This document shows positions 50,533 through 64,000 of a stretch of DNA of 64,000 bases, piece by piece. Positions within the stretch are counted from its first letter, which is position 1. Every line of letters begins with the position of its first letter. The DNA lies in assembly GCF_011386835.1 (NCBI RefSeq), contig NC_088797.1:40486001-40550000 (forward strand), read 5' to 3'. Position numbers and translations under genes: made by a program. Below the pieces are notes generated by a model. That model made no database searches. It was not told the DNA's origin and saw only the letters and a list, made by a program, of their open reading frames with translations. Source of the stretch: Chrysemys picta bellii. Its lineage: Eukaryota.

Positions 50533-50752
50533 CAGTGGTTCTCAAACTTTTGTACTGGTGACCCCTTTCACATAGCAAGCCTCTGAGTGCGACCCCCCCC
50601 CAATACATTAAACACTTTTTTATATATTTAACACCATTATAAATGCTGGGGGCAAAGCAGGGTTTGGGAGTGGAGGCTGACAGCTCGCGACCCCCCATAT
50701 AATAATCTCAAGACCCCCTGAGGAGTGCTGACCCCCAGTTTGAGAACTCCTG
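50533..50752 (-). mobile_element. Same-family hAT MITE in inverted orientation, 220 bp
   Basis: TIR CAGTGGTTCTCAAACT / AGTTTGAGAACTCCTG; 8-bp TSD GGTTAGCT; internal sequence is the reverse complement of 49809-50026. Confidence 0.93.
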
Positions 50753-53700
50753 GGTTAGCTGATATATCTCAAAGTAATTACTGTATAAATAAATGGGGAA
50801 TTTTCCTAAGGGGTGTTTCTAGTGGGATTCTACAGGAACCTGCTCTTGACTCAGTGCTATTCAATATCTTTTATCAATAATCTGGAAGAAAATATAAAAT
50901 CATTTCTAGTAACATTTGCAGATAACACAAAAAATGGTGGAGAGGTAAATAATGATAAGGACAGGTCAGTTACACATACTGTCCTGGACTGTTTGGTCAA
51001 GTACACTTTTGTTTGAACAATGTGCACTTTAATATAGCTAAATGCAGTCATATATCTTGCAACAAAGAACTTGTTTGGGAGACAATATTTTGACATGGAG
51101 TGACACTGAAAAGAACTTAGGGGTAATGGTAGATAGCCAATTGGACAACAGTTTCCAGTGCAATGCTGTAGGTAAGAGAGCAAACAATCTCTGGATGCAT
51201 AAGAGGAGGAATTTCAAGTAGGAGTAGAGAGATGGTATTACTTATGTATACAGCATTAGTGAGGCCATTACTGAAATATAGTGTCCAGTTCTGAAGTTCC
51301 CATTTCAAAAATAATATTGAAAAACTGGAAAGGGTTCAACAAAGAGCTGCAAGAATTATTCAAAGTCTGGAAAATATGACTCAGAGTGAGACACTCAAGA
51401 ACCTCATTTTATTCAGTTTATCCAAGAGAAGGTTAAGAGGTAACTTGATCATGGTCTACAAGTATCTACATAGGGAAGACATTTCTGATAGATGTAGCAG
51501 AGAAAAGCATAATAAGATCCAGTGGTTGGAAGCTGAAGCTAGACAAATTCAGACTAATAATAAGGCCCAACTCTTTTTTAGCTGTGAGGGTAACTGACCA
51601 TTGGAACAACTCACTTAGGGACATGGTGGATTCTCTGTCACTTTCAATCTTTAAATCAAGACTAACAAATATGTTATAGCTGAAACAGACATTATGAGTC
51701 TGATGCAGAAATTACTGAGTGACGTTCTATGGCCTGTGTTATACAGGAACTCAGACTAGATGACCATAATTGTCCCTTATGGCCTTAAATCTATGAATCA
51801 TGAAATCACCTTAAGTCCCAAACTCAGGCACTTGTCCAGAAACAAGATGCAAGTTCTGATGGAGTATGTATTCATTTCAATTTAATGTGTTTTGAAAGTG
51901 GCTTTACCAAATTGTTTTTTCTACCCATTTTTTTAAATTTATAGAAAACAAAAGTTTCTTAAATACGAACTATAGAAAATAACGAGAAGCAAAGTAAAGC
52001 TTCCTTAGAAAAGCCAAGTCAAAAGAGACTAATGGAAGCTGAATTTCCATTGTGGCATGCACAATACTGAACAACAAAACATCATCAACAAACTGAGCCA
52101 GATTCTTGACTCTGCCATGGCCCCTTTCAGCCACTTAATTGGCACAAATTAGTCATACAGCTGTCTTAACTGACCTCCTTAAGTTTTCCCCTATGTAGAT
52201 GGTTCCTCGATAATACAGAACCATGCTTCTGCATTGGTGTGGGGCATGGTTGGAGTGCCACTGCACTCTGGCAATCCAGGGCTTCCAAAAGACCTCTCTG
52301 GAGTTACAAACTGCCTTGAGGCTGCTCTAAAATGCACTGAGGGGAACTGAACCGATCTCAGGATTGGGGAACCCCAAAGATGCAGAAAAGCTATCTTTGT
52401 CCTCCCCCGTCCACGGTCTTCTGACGAATAGAGCTTGGCCAGCCCAGAGAATCTGGGCCTCTATCTTATAACAACATGGCAGCATAGAGAAAAATGTTTC
52501 TAAAGAGGAGTTTTTGTTCTGTGCTCACCAAGTGCTACATTGTTGTTTGTTTCTTTCTTTCTCTTTGGGGGAGAAGAGTGGAGCATCTTGGTAAATAAGG
52601 AACACAAGATCAGATCTGTTTTACCTACGCTTGCTCTGATGAGAACTAAATGGAAGGCATCTCCTACAATCTATAGATCACACGTATGGGTGGAATACCA
52701 CTTAAATTTCCATGAAATTCAATTCAGTGTATAGTGGAAGAGAATGAAGATTGATTTAGACTGCGCTCTACAAGAAGTGTGTTGTCCTGAGGTAAAACTC
52801 TCATTCATTTTAATAGGAGTTTTGACTGGGTAAGAACTTCATAAAAACTGCATGAGTGGGTCCAGTTGTACAGCAATGGTGCTTAATACATTATGAATAA
52901 TAAATATGAAATTAATAAGTCCAAAATTTCAATGTGCCAACTGTAGATCCAGTTATAATAGACCTTTATTTTAGTGATATTGCTTGTTGACAAAAACAAT
53001 ACTCAACTTTAGAGCTCATTTAAATCTTTCAACTGAAATATTTTTCTAATGAAAAATAGGGTTTCTTTGAACACAGTATTTTGCATTAAAATGTCTTTTG
53101 ACAACATTTTTGGTCTTTTGACAACACTTCTGGTCTTTTAAGGGGAAATTTTGAAATGAAACAAAAACTTCTTTGAAACTGAAATTTATTTTGTTTCAGT
53201 TTTTGAAAACCAAAAACATTTCAAATTTCCTTCTCCCCCCATTTTTCTGTCTTCCTTATTTTTCCCACTAAGTGCAACAAAGTGAATAATGTCCAAAGTT
53301 TTTTTTTCCTCCATCACTTTTTTCACTGTATCTTTTCAAAACTTTGTTAACATTGGAAAAGTTACAGAGTGGCAAAAGGAAAAATGAAACACTGCAACAT
53401 TGCCACTCTAACTCTTCCAAAATTAGAGAAGTTACAGAATAAAAAAGGAGAAAAAGGAAGAGAAAAAAAGTGGTGGGTGTCTAGGGGACCTTAAACCTCA
53501 TTCATTCCATGCAATCATGATTGAAAATAGAGAGAAAAAATCTAAAATTCCCACATTTTGGTAATTTTTGGCTTTTAGAAAAACTGAATCCAAATGAAAT
53601 TTTCACTGAGTTTCATTTTGTAATATTTTGAATGAAAAGCCCTGAATACATTTTTTTTTCATTCTAAAATTTTCTTGGGAAAAAGGGAGTTTTTGTGTAC

Positions 53701-53854
53701 TTTGTTTATATTTTTTAAACTTTCTCTACTTAAATATAAGAGGTTCCGTTCAATTTAGTTCTCAAAAAAATATTTTTTAAATCTACAATGATGTTTACAA
53801 GGAGGTGGATTGGATTAAGCAGCTATCAGCAACAAGTTTTTGCTTCTTCCATTA

Positions 53855-54175
<321 letters not shown>

Positions 54176-55636
54176 CTAATTTTAGGTGATTCATGTTTTG
54201 GGTACCCAAATTGAGATCCCTGATCCCTGATTTTGTGACATGATAAACCCTTGTAGCTTCTATTGACTTCCACTGGAGTTGTGGTGCTTAGCACTTCTGA
54301 AAATAACAAAAACAAGCATCTCCTAGATGTCTCTAGTTGGCACCCCAAAATGAGTGGGTACTTTTGAAAACTGGGGCCTAGTTTTATGTGCAGTACTATG
54401 TTTCAATACATATGAAAAGCTCCCAACCCACAAACCCACACTCTACCATGTTGCTTCCTCAAGTAAGTCACCACACCTCAACCCTGGTCCCTCAGAAAAT
54501 GCCTGTGGACATAGAATAATTATCCCCCAGCAGCCAGCAAACTCAGGCTGTGTTGGACCAAAGACAGGGAGCAGAGTTGTGGGCTATCCACTGAGAATGC
54601 CCCACCCTCAGCTTCCCACGGGAACCCCTTGAGGGACTGTATGGTATTCAAGCTGATCTCAGAGGTACATGGGACCCAAACCATAAAAGACTTTGTCAAC
54701 CAAAGTCAGTACTTTGAATTGTGCTTGGAGAAGATCTTGTGTACACTGTAGAGCACAGATGTAATGTGTTATCTGTGGGAAACACCATTATGTAAGCTGT
54801 AACCTGCATTGCCTGAGTTTTCCAAGATGCTTTCCAGGTGTAGTTCTATTGCAGTAATCCAGACAAGAGGGGGACAAGGTGGAAGTAAGTTTAGTATGGT
54901 CTGCATTCAACGGGGAAAGTCACACACACAGATGGCAATGCAGGAAAGCTAAAATGTGTACTGTAGTGTGGAGCAGAACTAACTTTTGAATACATATTTG
55001 AAACTTGTTTCATTTCAGGTTTCACTACTAACCCAAAGTCCTAGCTCTGGGTGCTGTGGTTTCATTTACAACCAAAACAAAACTCACGGTTTCTCATTGT
55101 TGGCATCTCAAACCAGGAAAAACTAAGAAGTATGGACTAAGTTTTGCTCTGAGGTTCAAACTTAAAGTTATTCTATTGGGACCTCTAGGCATTATTGTAA
55201 TACAAATAATAATATTAATAAAAAACAGGGGCTGAAAACCCATATGAACCAGGATAAAAGGAGATTGTCTGACACTGCTATGAACTGAAACCATTATATT
55301 TTATACCTCCTCAACATAGAACTATTCAAAACAATCTTTACTATTCTATATTCTATCAGAAATATAAATTTATAAGACTAAGTAAAACATTTATTCTGAG
55401 ATTTTCAGAACTACTCAAGACATTTGGATGCCCAACTTCTATTAATTTTAATGGAATCTGAGTGTCTAAATCCTTTAGATGACTTTGAAAGTTTCAGCCC
55501 CAGTTCAAAAAATCAGATGTTTCTTTTAAAAAAATGAGCAAAGTAAAAATGAAGGAACATTATCTGCTCTGTAAGTGCATTGAACAGTTTCTGTGACCTA
55601 GAAGTATCAGAACAGTAGATGTTAATACAAATCTCA

Positions 55637-55834
<198 letters not shown>

Positions 55835-56453
55835 TTATGAAGAGTCCAATACTTCCATACCTATTATACAACAGATTTTTTCATGGTATCATTTTTATTT
55901 TGATTATTCAAAATAGCTAACATGCATGAATGACTTTCTGAACAACTATTAGCCCTAAGAGGTAGAAAGTCAAGGAGAAAAGGACTTCACCTAATATCAT
56001 TTGGAATTCTTGCTTTTAAAATAGTTCAGGTGGCACAAAGGGGAAGGAAAGTAGCTGGATCTGGCTGGATGAGAATTACCCTGCCATAGGGAAGCTCACA
56101 GCTGGTGTAGCCAGCCCTCACGCCATCGCCCCACAAATTCATCCCAGGTGTAGTGGGTGAGGAGTGGCACTGCAATGTGCTCCAGCTAAGGCTAATTAAA
56201 GTTGCCAGCCCCCAGGCTGCTCTAACCTCCACAGGCCCCACAGCAGTGAAATCCACCCTGAGAATCAAAGAGCTATAACCAATTCCTTGATGGCACCCTC
56301 CCCGCCACACCAAGCAAACAATTAATTTTCTTATTTTTATAGGTGGAAAAAAGATTAGCAGCAACTTACACTTTAATGTTAAAATAAACATGTTGTGGGG
56401 AGGTCTAGTCTAAATATATACTGCAGGCTACAAGCATAAAATAAAATGTGTAC

Positions 56454-56691
56454 CTCCGCCGTTCTTGCCACAAAGGTATGGAAATCGCCACACATTCCCC
56501 AAGCCAATGGCATAACCCACACATGACATAAGAAAGTCAAATCTTCCTTTCCAGGTGTCTCGGTCTGGAATATCTGTTTTCTTCTTCTGTACTTTCACTA
56601 CCAAGGTTTTAGGCTTGTCATTGGTGATTGAAGCATCACTAAGTTCAGTGGAGATTTGTCCATCTGCAACTTTTGTTCCATTCGTTGCCAT
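56454..56691 (-). CDS. SLC6A1: GAT-1 coding exon 1 (238 nt)
   Basis: [14 protein letters not shown]...[33 protein letters not shown], including the SLC6 TM1 signature. Start context GACATGG; donor GGAG|GTACAC. Confidence 0.98.
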
Positions 56692-59600
56692 GTCTCTGGG
56701 TTTAGCTGGAGACGCTCTGGCAGGTGGACGAGAAATTTCAGCACCAGTCCACGTGGACAGCAGCTTTGCGGCTCTTAATTACCCAACTAGGGAGCTAAGA
56801 GTTTGGTAAAATAAAACAATGCTGTAATGGTTTGTGATCCAATCAAAAATCCCAGAATCAGATTCTCTATTAATCTGTAAGACATAAGATCAAAACAGAA
56901 TTCAGAAGTGCTTCTACTGTAACCTCTTGTTTGAGGCCTGATCCATGAGGCCTGTTGATATCAATGAGACAATGTCCATTGATTTAATAGCCTTTGAATT
57001 GAGGCCTTTCCTTATGAAAGCTTCTTTTGCTGTATGTTTTATCTAAAGGCTTGATCCTGCCTTATGGGAGGTTCGGTGTTGACTCAATGATAGCAGGATC
57101 AGAGATAAAATAGTGAGAGAGCAAACATGAAACTACATAGTCAGCTTCAGATCTCATGCTTCTATAAACATGCATTAAACAATTCCAAATAGCACAGCAT
57201 AACATTTATCAGAACGTGATGGTCTATATTGACTTTATCTTATGCTCCAAGAAAAGCAACAGAGTGGTGGCAACAGTCATGAAAATTAAACAAAGGCTCT
57301 TCACACATCCCAAGTAATGCCCATGCTTTAATAAAGATTAGTAATATTTTTTCGACTAGAATTTGGAGCAGTTTTGCCTGCAGAAAATAGGACTTTAAAA
57401 TTAATTTACAGGTTGGTCAGGGACCCAGCATTTCCACATTCCAGTGCATAATTTTGCTCCAAGGCATGATGTGTCAATAATGAAATCGCTGCTTTAAGAG
57501 TTTAAAAGAGGAATGTTTTCATTGTTCAAATTTTAATAAATCATTGACATTCTACATTTACATGTTAAAGATTTATTCCCATGATAATTGCAGGTTCTCT
57601 TTATTTGCAGGGAGCCATCATGACTATCACAGTGTTATTTTCTATAGATAATTGTTGTCCTCTTATTATTAAGATGGTGCATGTATAACAACACCTTTCA
57701 TCCAGGAGACTCCCAAAGGAATCTGCAAATAGTAGGTTATATTGAACCACAAGGCTCAACCCTTAAAGGCTGAAGTAAAGTAAGTCACACACTTATATAT
57801 TCTTACAATTAACAGCTAGCATACAGAGCACAGATTATTCACTCTACCTTGTAATTTAAGGTAACAGGCTATAATGATCACACCATCCTTGCCCTGTATT
57901 TTCTGGTATGGGTTACACCCTTGGGCCATTTAAACAGCATTTGCTAGTACTGAATCAATCATTCTGCACAGCTTTACCATGTCCATGTTACTCTTTTGTG
58001 GCCTGAGTACACACAGGAGAAGCAGCAGAAAATAGGCATGACTGTACTATAAATAACTTGTGACATCTCCTGCAAAGTGCTACGCATCTGCAATTCCTAT
58101 TGACTTCAATGGCTTAATTTCAATTCAACCAACATCTTTAAGGATCTGAGCTCTTGAATACTGAACATCCATACGTCATTTGCAAGGGGCAAATGATTTT
58201 AATAACGAGGGGGCTGAGCATGCATTCAGTTAGTTAACAATAATTAAAACTGAACTTTGGAATGAAAACAACAAGATTCACTGTAAAGTTATTTGGATGC
58301 TGCCTATAGAAATCATACATGTTGTTCCTGTGTTAGCAGTATGGGTGATACAAAGCCCAGGAAGAACAAGTTATTCACACTTTCCTGAAATAAAAACAAA
58401 CAAGACAGAGTTTATTGGCTTTACTCTGTAGGTTGTATTTATAATCAACAGAAATTGTAACTGAGAGTTTAAAAGACTCTCAGTTATAAACAGTCCTTCT
58501 CTGAAACTTTTCAAATAACACCGTACTTTCTATTCCTCTTTGATCCACAGGTCACATCCCTGAATAGAAAGATTTCATTTGGATAAATCACTTGGAGTTG
58601 TGCTGGAAAGAACACATCCATCAATCACAAATACATTTTTATAACATTATGTTCTTTTCTCTCCATTTTGCTGCTAGACTCAAATTGAGAATTACCAACA
58701 ATTTATATCACTCTCTTATTAAGTCCTCCTCCTTTTGAGCTGCAATTCAGAGCACATCTCCTCTGATCATACATCTCTGGTCATATTTTAAATTACCATA
58801 TTCTGTATTATGGTGCATGCCTGTTGGATCTTTCTGCAGGATTAGTTTCAAGCACTAAAAATATACTAAATATCCCATTTCATATTTAATACTTGATGGA
58901 TAGGATTTGTTAAATGCAAGTCAGCCAGGTTCATAAAGCATGTCCTTGAGACATGTGTGTCTTGCTCAAGATGTTTGATTCTTCTCTCCATCATATTCCA
59001 TGCTTATGTACAGTTGTTTTGACTGCAGAGATCGGTGATGACATGTATCTCCAGCTTTCTCCACATATCAGATATTTATTCCATGCTTTCCAGTTCATCA
59101 ACCATTAGATTAAAATTAAAAGATAAACGCATTTACTTTGATTTTCTGGCTTGGAGACTTTCCTTTTGGTAAGGGCATCTGGAACTGTATCCATATTATT
59201 TGTAAAGGCTCCCATCTGTGTCTGCATGCTGCCAACTTTGGAGCGGGAGTGTGGGCCTTGGGAAAAATCAGTCTCCCCTTGCCATTTGGTCATGTTGGTG
59301 TTTGTTTGCGAAACTTTGTGTTATCTCTGATTTTTAAGGGGGCAGGAAGGACATCGTTTTGCCAACATCTGGACCAAAAATTGCAGATGTAGGTATCAGA
59401 ATGCTGCTCCAGCTGGCTGTAAGCACTGGGTAACCAAGGATTAATCTTACAATACTGTATATGGCAAGAGCACCAGTGAGATTGGCTAAAGATGAGCAGC
59501 TGTGATCGTTCCCAGCATCTCCAAGGTAGCAGACATTTCATTTACCATTTTGTACCATTGTAACACACAATAGCGCATTTCTTTTCTAACAGCCTCTCTT

Positions 59601-60512
59601 TCTTTGCCACAGGCTCAGATCAAGGACAGTTGCTGCAAAGTGGCTTCTAAATCTCCATCTGCAGTTTTTGTGCTAGGATTGTTTGGACAGGCAAAATCCC
59701 CTATTCCCTAAATTTATATGCAAAGTTTGGATACCTAAACAACTAGCTCGCTGATTTGTATCTGTAAACAAAGCTTGCATGGGAAAATGTGGGATTTCTG
59801 TGCATGCAAAGACACATGTACTCAAGAATGAGCATGTGTGTGTGTCAGTGTCAGATTCACATATGAGGTTGAGGTCATTTTGAAAATTTGGCCTTCCCCA
59901 TCAGGGACACACTATGAAACTCATGGGTCTCACCACAGGCAACTCTGCTATTATGTAGTAACAACTGTACAATTTGCTAACCCAACCTACTGATGAAAGT
60001 ACAGAACTGCAAATGTTACTTTGCTGATTTGCTGAACAGCTAAGGATATTACAGGAAAATTAACTGGTATTGAGTGTTCTACTGCCTATTCAGATCTTTT
60101 TTATGTTGAAATATGTGGCATTTTCCATTGGAACTTCAACTGAAGCTGTACTTTCTTGTCATTAACACATACTACGTGCTCAAGAAAGAGGGGGCTGAAT
60201 CTAATGAAAGGTGAGGAAAAGGCAAAGTAGAATAGATACTCCTGCTGGGAGTATGGCTGAGATCTATGTCACTGACTCACCACCATATCTTGCATCCCTG
60301 TTGGAAATGTCATCATGGTAGCCAAGGACTGTCTGAGCAAAAAGCAGAGAGAGACTAAACTATTTTCTCACCCCTACAGGTGGTGGGCCATACAGGTCAG
60401 AATTACAATACATTGCACTATCTTTGGGCATTGTACTGTACCCATTTGTGCCTTTCTAAGCTTTCTTGGGACACGCACTAAGCTCTTTAAAGCACTATGT
60501 ATACATAATAAT

Positions 60513-61367
60513 TGTCTGGTATGCCGAAAGGACAGGAGACACTTGATATGGATTTTAATCAGGCCACAACTTTATTATATAGTTTTCTGGGTCTACCTGG
60601 CAGATAAGTGTACAGTGCAGGCAAATCCATGTTTATTCAAATCATTACCTGCACCAGCCCCCCTTCATTTTCCATCCAGGTTCCCCTCAGCCAACCCATA
60701 GCTTGGACCTTACCACCCACCCGCCTCGTAGAATGGTTAAGGTGAGCTATAAGAATGAGGTGCGATTGGCTCCCTGCCATACCAATCATAGGTGTCCCCA
60801 ACCCACCTCCCCTGTTCTGTTCCTTTACTCAGCACCTCCTTTTAAGTCCTTTACCAGGCTACTTATCTGGTCACTGGATGCCTTCCCTATGGAGTACCTG
60901 CACTGGACATCCACCCCACACTTACAAAATAAGTTGCGACATATAGTCTACCACCTTTTCTTCTTACCAGAAAAGGTCCTCCCTGACACCAGCTCTGGGG
61001 AAGGTGAAAAAACGTCACTCCACCAAAGCCAATCTGGTGGTGCGGGAAAATTCTTTCCCAGTGCCCCTAAAAAGGAGTGACTAGCACAAAGCCCACAGCA
61101 GGTCCTAACCCAATCTGATATTCGCCACCTCTAGGGGAGGGAAGGTGGGTGCTGCCTTTCCTGCAGTATGGAAAAAGGGGCTTCCAATGCCCAGGACTTG
61201 CACCTTTAGAGCCTTCCGACCTCACATTCCTGTTCACCTTTTGCAGCAGTTTCTGATCTCATTTCCCTTTCCCTCCCCGTCACTATAAAGCACTGCTGCC
61301 TTCCCTCTGCAAGCCCAGCCAATGTTCCACCCACTTTAAGTGCGGTGCGGTCATTTCTTCCATTACA
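60513..61367 (-). mobile_element. Probable solo LTR, same orientation as SLC6A1
   Basis: Minus strand starts TGTAATGGAAG and ends CCAGACA; AATAAA on the minus strand near 60570. Flanks (aat/aatt) give only an imperfect TSD. Confidence 0.55.
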
Positions 61368-63686
61368 AATTCACACAACTTTATCATTGTGGGGTGACTG
61401 CTTGGCTTCCTCAGATTCATTCTTTAAGTTTTCCATGCACATTGCTTTTTTGGGTTTTATTATCCACTTAAAGAAAGAATAAAACTGCCTGTGCCAGTCA
61501 ACAGAAAAAAATCAGAAGAGACATTTTGGGCTTATCAACCTGGACATTTATTTTAAAACTTTCACTTTAAAGTAGCAATATCTATGCTGGTGATACAGTG
61601 GTCCAAATTCCCCCTTCAAAAGCTCAACTGAAGTCAGGGGAGTGATTAATTTGGCCCAGTATTCCCTGATTCTGGCAAAAAAGTATTGTTGGGGGCTAGT
61701 TAAATACACACGAATGGTAAAATATTCACCCTACTCCTTTATTTAGGGTTTAAGGTTGAGATTTTCCCAGGAGCCTTTATGGAGACAGGTGTCCAAATCT
61801 GTGTCCATCTCCCTTAGGCTGAAATTTTCAAAGGAACTCAAGTGAGTTGGAAAGACTGTCTCAGGACAATGCGATGGTTTTCTGAATATGGGTATGGTGC
61901 TTATGATAATAAGGAATCAAAGCTCCAGCTACAGTCAACCACAGGGTGGGAAGATGCTAAGCAACCTTAAACTGAGCAAGCTTGGGAACCCAGTTTGACC
62001 AATGCACTTCAATCCTGACCTATTAAAAAAAAAACAGGATGTGGGGAAGAAAATGGAAAGAACCATCTAGCAGCAAGCCTCTGCTCTTCCAGTATTCCCA
62101 TGGCCCACTCTGAACTGCTACAGTTCCATGTCACACTGAGGGTGGACACTCCTGGGTGGCCCCCTGGATTCCTGCCTCACTGCCCTCATTGCATAGCAGA
62201 ACCTCACTGGTTCGGATGCCAGGGAGTCTTCACGATGGCTGAGATGGGCATGATTTGCCCCTTCGTACCCCTTCAAACAGATCTTTGGATGCCATTTGAA
62301 CAATCTGCATTGTGACCACATTCCTGAAGCACGGCTATTAGCTTAGCACAAACTGCAGCCAAGGTAATATAAATAAATCAGGGAGTGGAGGGACAGGAAA
62401 GAGGTAGAGCACTATATTGCCCCTTAATTAACAAAAGGATTAAATCCCCTTCTCCAAAGTTGCTAAGAGATGTATTTCAAGGGTGCAAGAGCTGGCCTCA
62501 TACAACTCAAGCACACAATGATATCAGCAACGTCTGTTACAAATGGTACCAAAAATCGAGAAGGTAGGATATGGAACCAATATGCTCTAGGAATTATTTT
62601 GGGGAAGATCTGTAGCCTGTGTTATAAAAGAATCAGATTAGATTATCACAATGGTTCCTTTTGACTTTGGAATCTATGAAACTGAAACACACACACAAGC
62701 ATATGAAAAACCAAAGCTTCCTTTTAATGGATGAGCCCCCTATGTCAAGGAATCCATTAGCTTCACCCCATACTGTCCACTGTGTCCCTCACTGGAGTGT
62801 AACAGCTCCCAGGTCCTGGCTCAAAGCTATGTTCTAGCAACTTAACTCTATGAAATTCTAAACACCATTGCCTTACACACGCACACACACTGTTGGCCTG
62901 ATCTAACTTTCATTGCCTCTTTCCATTGACTTGAGTGGTAGCAGAATTAAGCCTATTGTGAAAGCTGTTGTTAGAATTCTATTTGTATTGGTGAACTATG
63001 TTCAAAGGATATTGACTCTACATACACCACAAGTTTTTAGTTGTAAAACAAACTATGTGTAAGCAACATACCAAACTAGACTTGGTGCATGAAACTGGGA
63101 TTGCTGAATCTATTTGAAATGGTCATCTCCCATACCATGATATCCATGAGCAAGCTCCTCTTAGGGCCAAAATATCATAGTTGTCATTTACTGCCTGCAT
63201 AAGTGACCTCTCTACTATGCAATACACATATGCAAAATACGATGCTATACTGCATGTACTATTTTACCACACACATTCATTTGGGACAGATTTTGAAAGG
63301 TACTTAGATGTCTAAAGATGAAGATAGGGACCTAGTGAGATTTTCAGAAGTCCTCAACTCCTATCAATAGCACTTCTGAAAATCATCCTAGGTTCCTATC
63401 CGCATGTTAAGCACCTAGATACCTTTGAACATCTGGCCCTTTGTGGAACTCCTGGTAACGGATGTGATAATATTCATTTTAAAACATTTTGTAATGTAAA
63501 CACTTTAGACCAAATTTTCAAGTGTAAATGCATTGGATGACTCTGAAAAAACAACAAAAATGCACATGTACACTATATGCTCACCTGTAATTGTAAATGC
63601 TTTGTAAGTACACTGTAACTACATCTTCTTACAGATTACTGGGTAACTGCATATTGGACTAAATGTCCATGTTGTCTGCATATGAG

Positions 63687-64000
63687 TGTAGCGGGGCGGC
63701 CTGGCTTCCAGGCGCCCCAGGAAGCGATGAGCCAGAACAGCCGCCAGAGTGGGCGGAGCCACCACGGCCTGTCCCCGCCCCCTGGAAGTCAAGGGGCGGG
63801 ACAGGAAGTATAAAGGCCAGGCCACAGCGCTCAGTAGCTGGCCGGCAGCGGGAGAGGACAGACGCTGGTGCCCGAGCTCCCGCGGACCTGAGCCTGCCGA
63901 GAGCCCGGTATCCCGAGGAGGACTGGCCGAGCCTGCCCAGAGCCCGGTATCCTGAGAAGGACTGGCCGAGCCTGCCGAGAGCCCGGTACCCTGAGGAGAA
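63687..64000 (+). mobile_element. 5' part of a GC/CpG-rich LTR (probably Gypsy-type), truncated by the window end
   Basis: Abrupt TGTAGCGGGG start, GC boxes, TATA-like GTATAAAGG and 39-bp tandem repeats. Confidence 0.7.
63890..64000 (+). repeat. 39-bp tandem repeat, at least 2.8 copies
   Basis: Unit GAGCCTGCCGAGAGCCCGGTATCCCGAGGAGGACTGGCC starts at 63890, 63929 and 63968. Confidence 0.95.

Larger units (their letters stand above)
48110..51795 (+). mobile_element. Old fragmented CR1 LINE, interrupted by a younger CR1 and two MITEs
   Basis: CR1 ORF2-like pieces at about 48110-48345 and 49680-51600; 3' tail gactagatgaccataattgtcccttatggccttaaatctatgaatc. Confidence 0.75.

Noticed and set aside
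56800-64000. Upstream non-coding exons or true promoter of SLC6A1
   Set aside because: They cannot be located from sequence alone; no transcript evidence is available and they may lie outside the window.
63890-64000. CRISPR-like array
   Set aside because: The repeats are head-to-tail with no unique spacers, in a eukaryotic LTR context.

Overview
Vertebrate genomic DNA, most likely a turtle (inferred from a tRNA-derived SINE with a CR1-like tail, many CR1 LINEs and hAT/Harbinger-type MITEs). The only host gene is SLC6A1 (GAT-1, sodium/chloride-dependent GABA transporter 1) on the minus strand. All 14 coding exons were located by eye between 56691 and 20757. All introns are GT-AG, and the exons sum to 1800 nt (599 aa plus stop). 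The AT-rich 3'UTR runs to about 18.4 kb and contains a colinear tandem duplication of about 550 nt, in which only the distal copy keeps AATAAA. The rest is a dense transposon landscape: a structurally complete but decayed DIRS1 tyrosine-recombinase retrotransposon (inverted terminal repeats, ICR, gag, RT, RNase H, Dam-like methyltransferase, YR) inserted into a MIR-type SINE; a three-level CR1 > Gypsy > solo-LTR nest; several TSD-bounded hAT MITEs; Penelope-like fragments, one with a hammerhead-ribozyme-like motif; a composite tRNA-like inverted element; and solo LTRs. No prokaryotic features or CRISPR arrays are present. Most short ORFs in the track are spurious or TE remnants. Repeat family names come from recognition, not from a database search.
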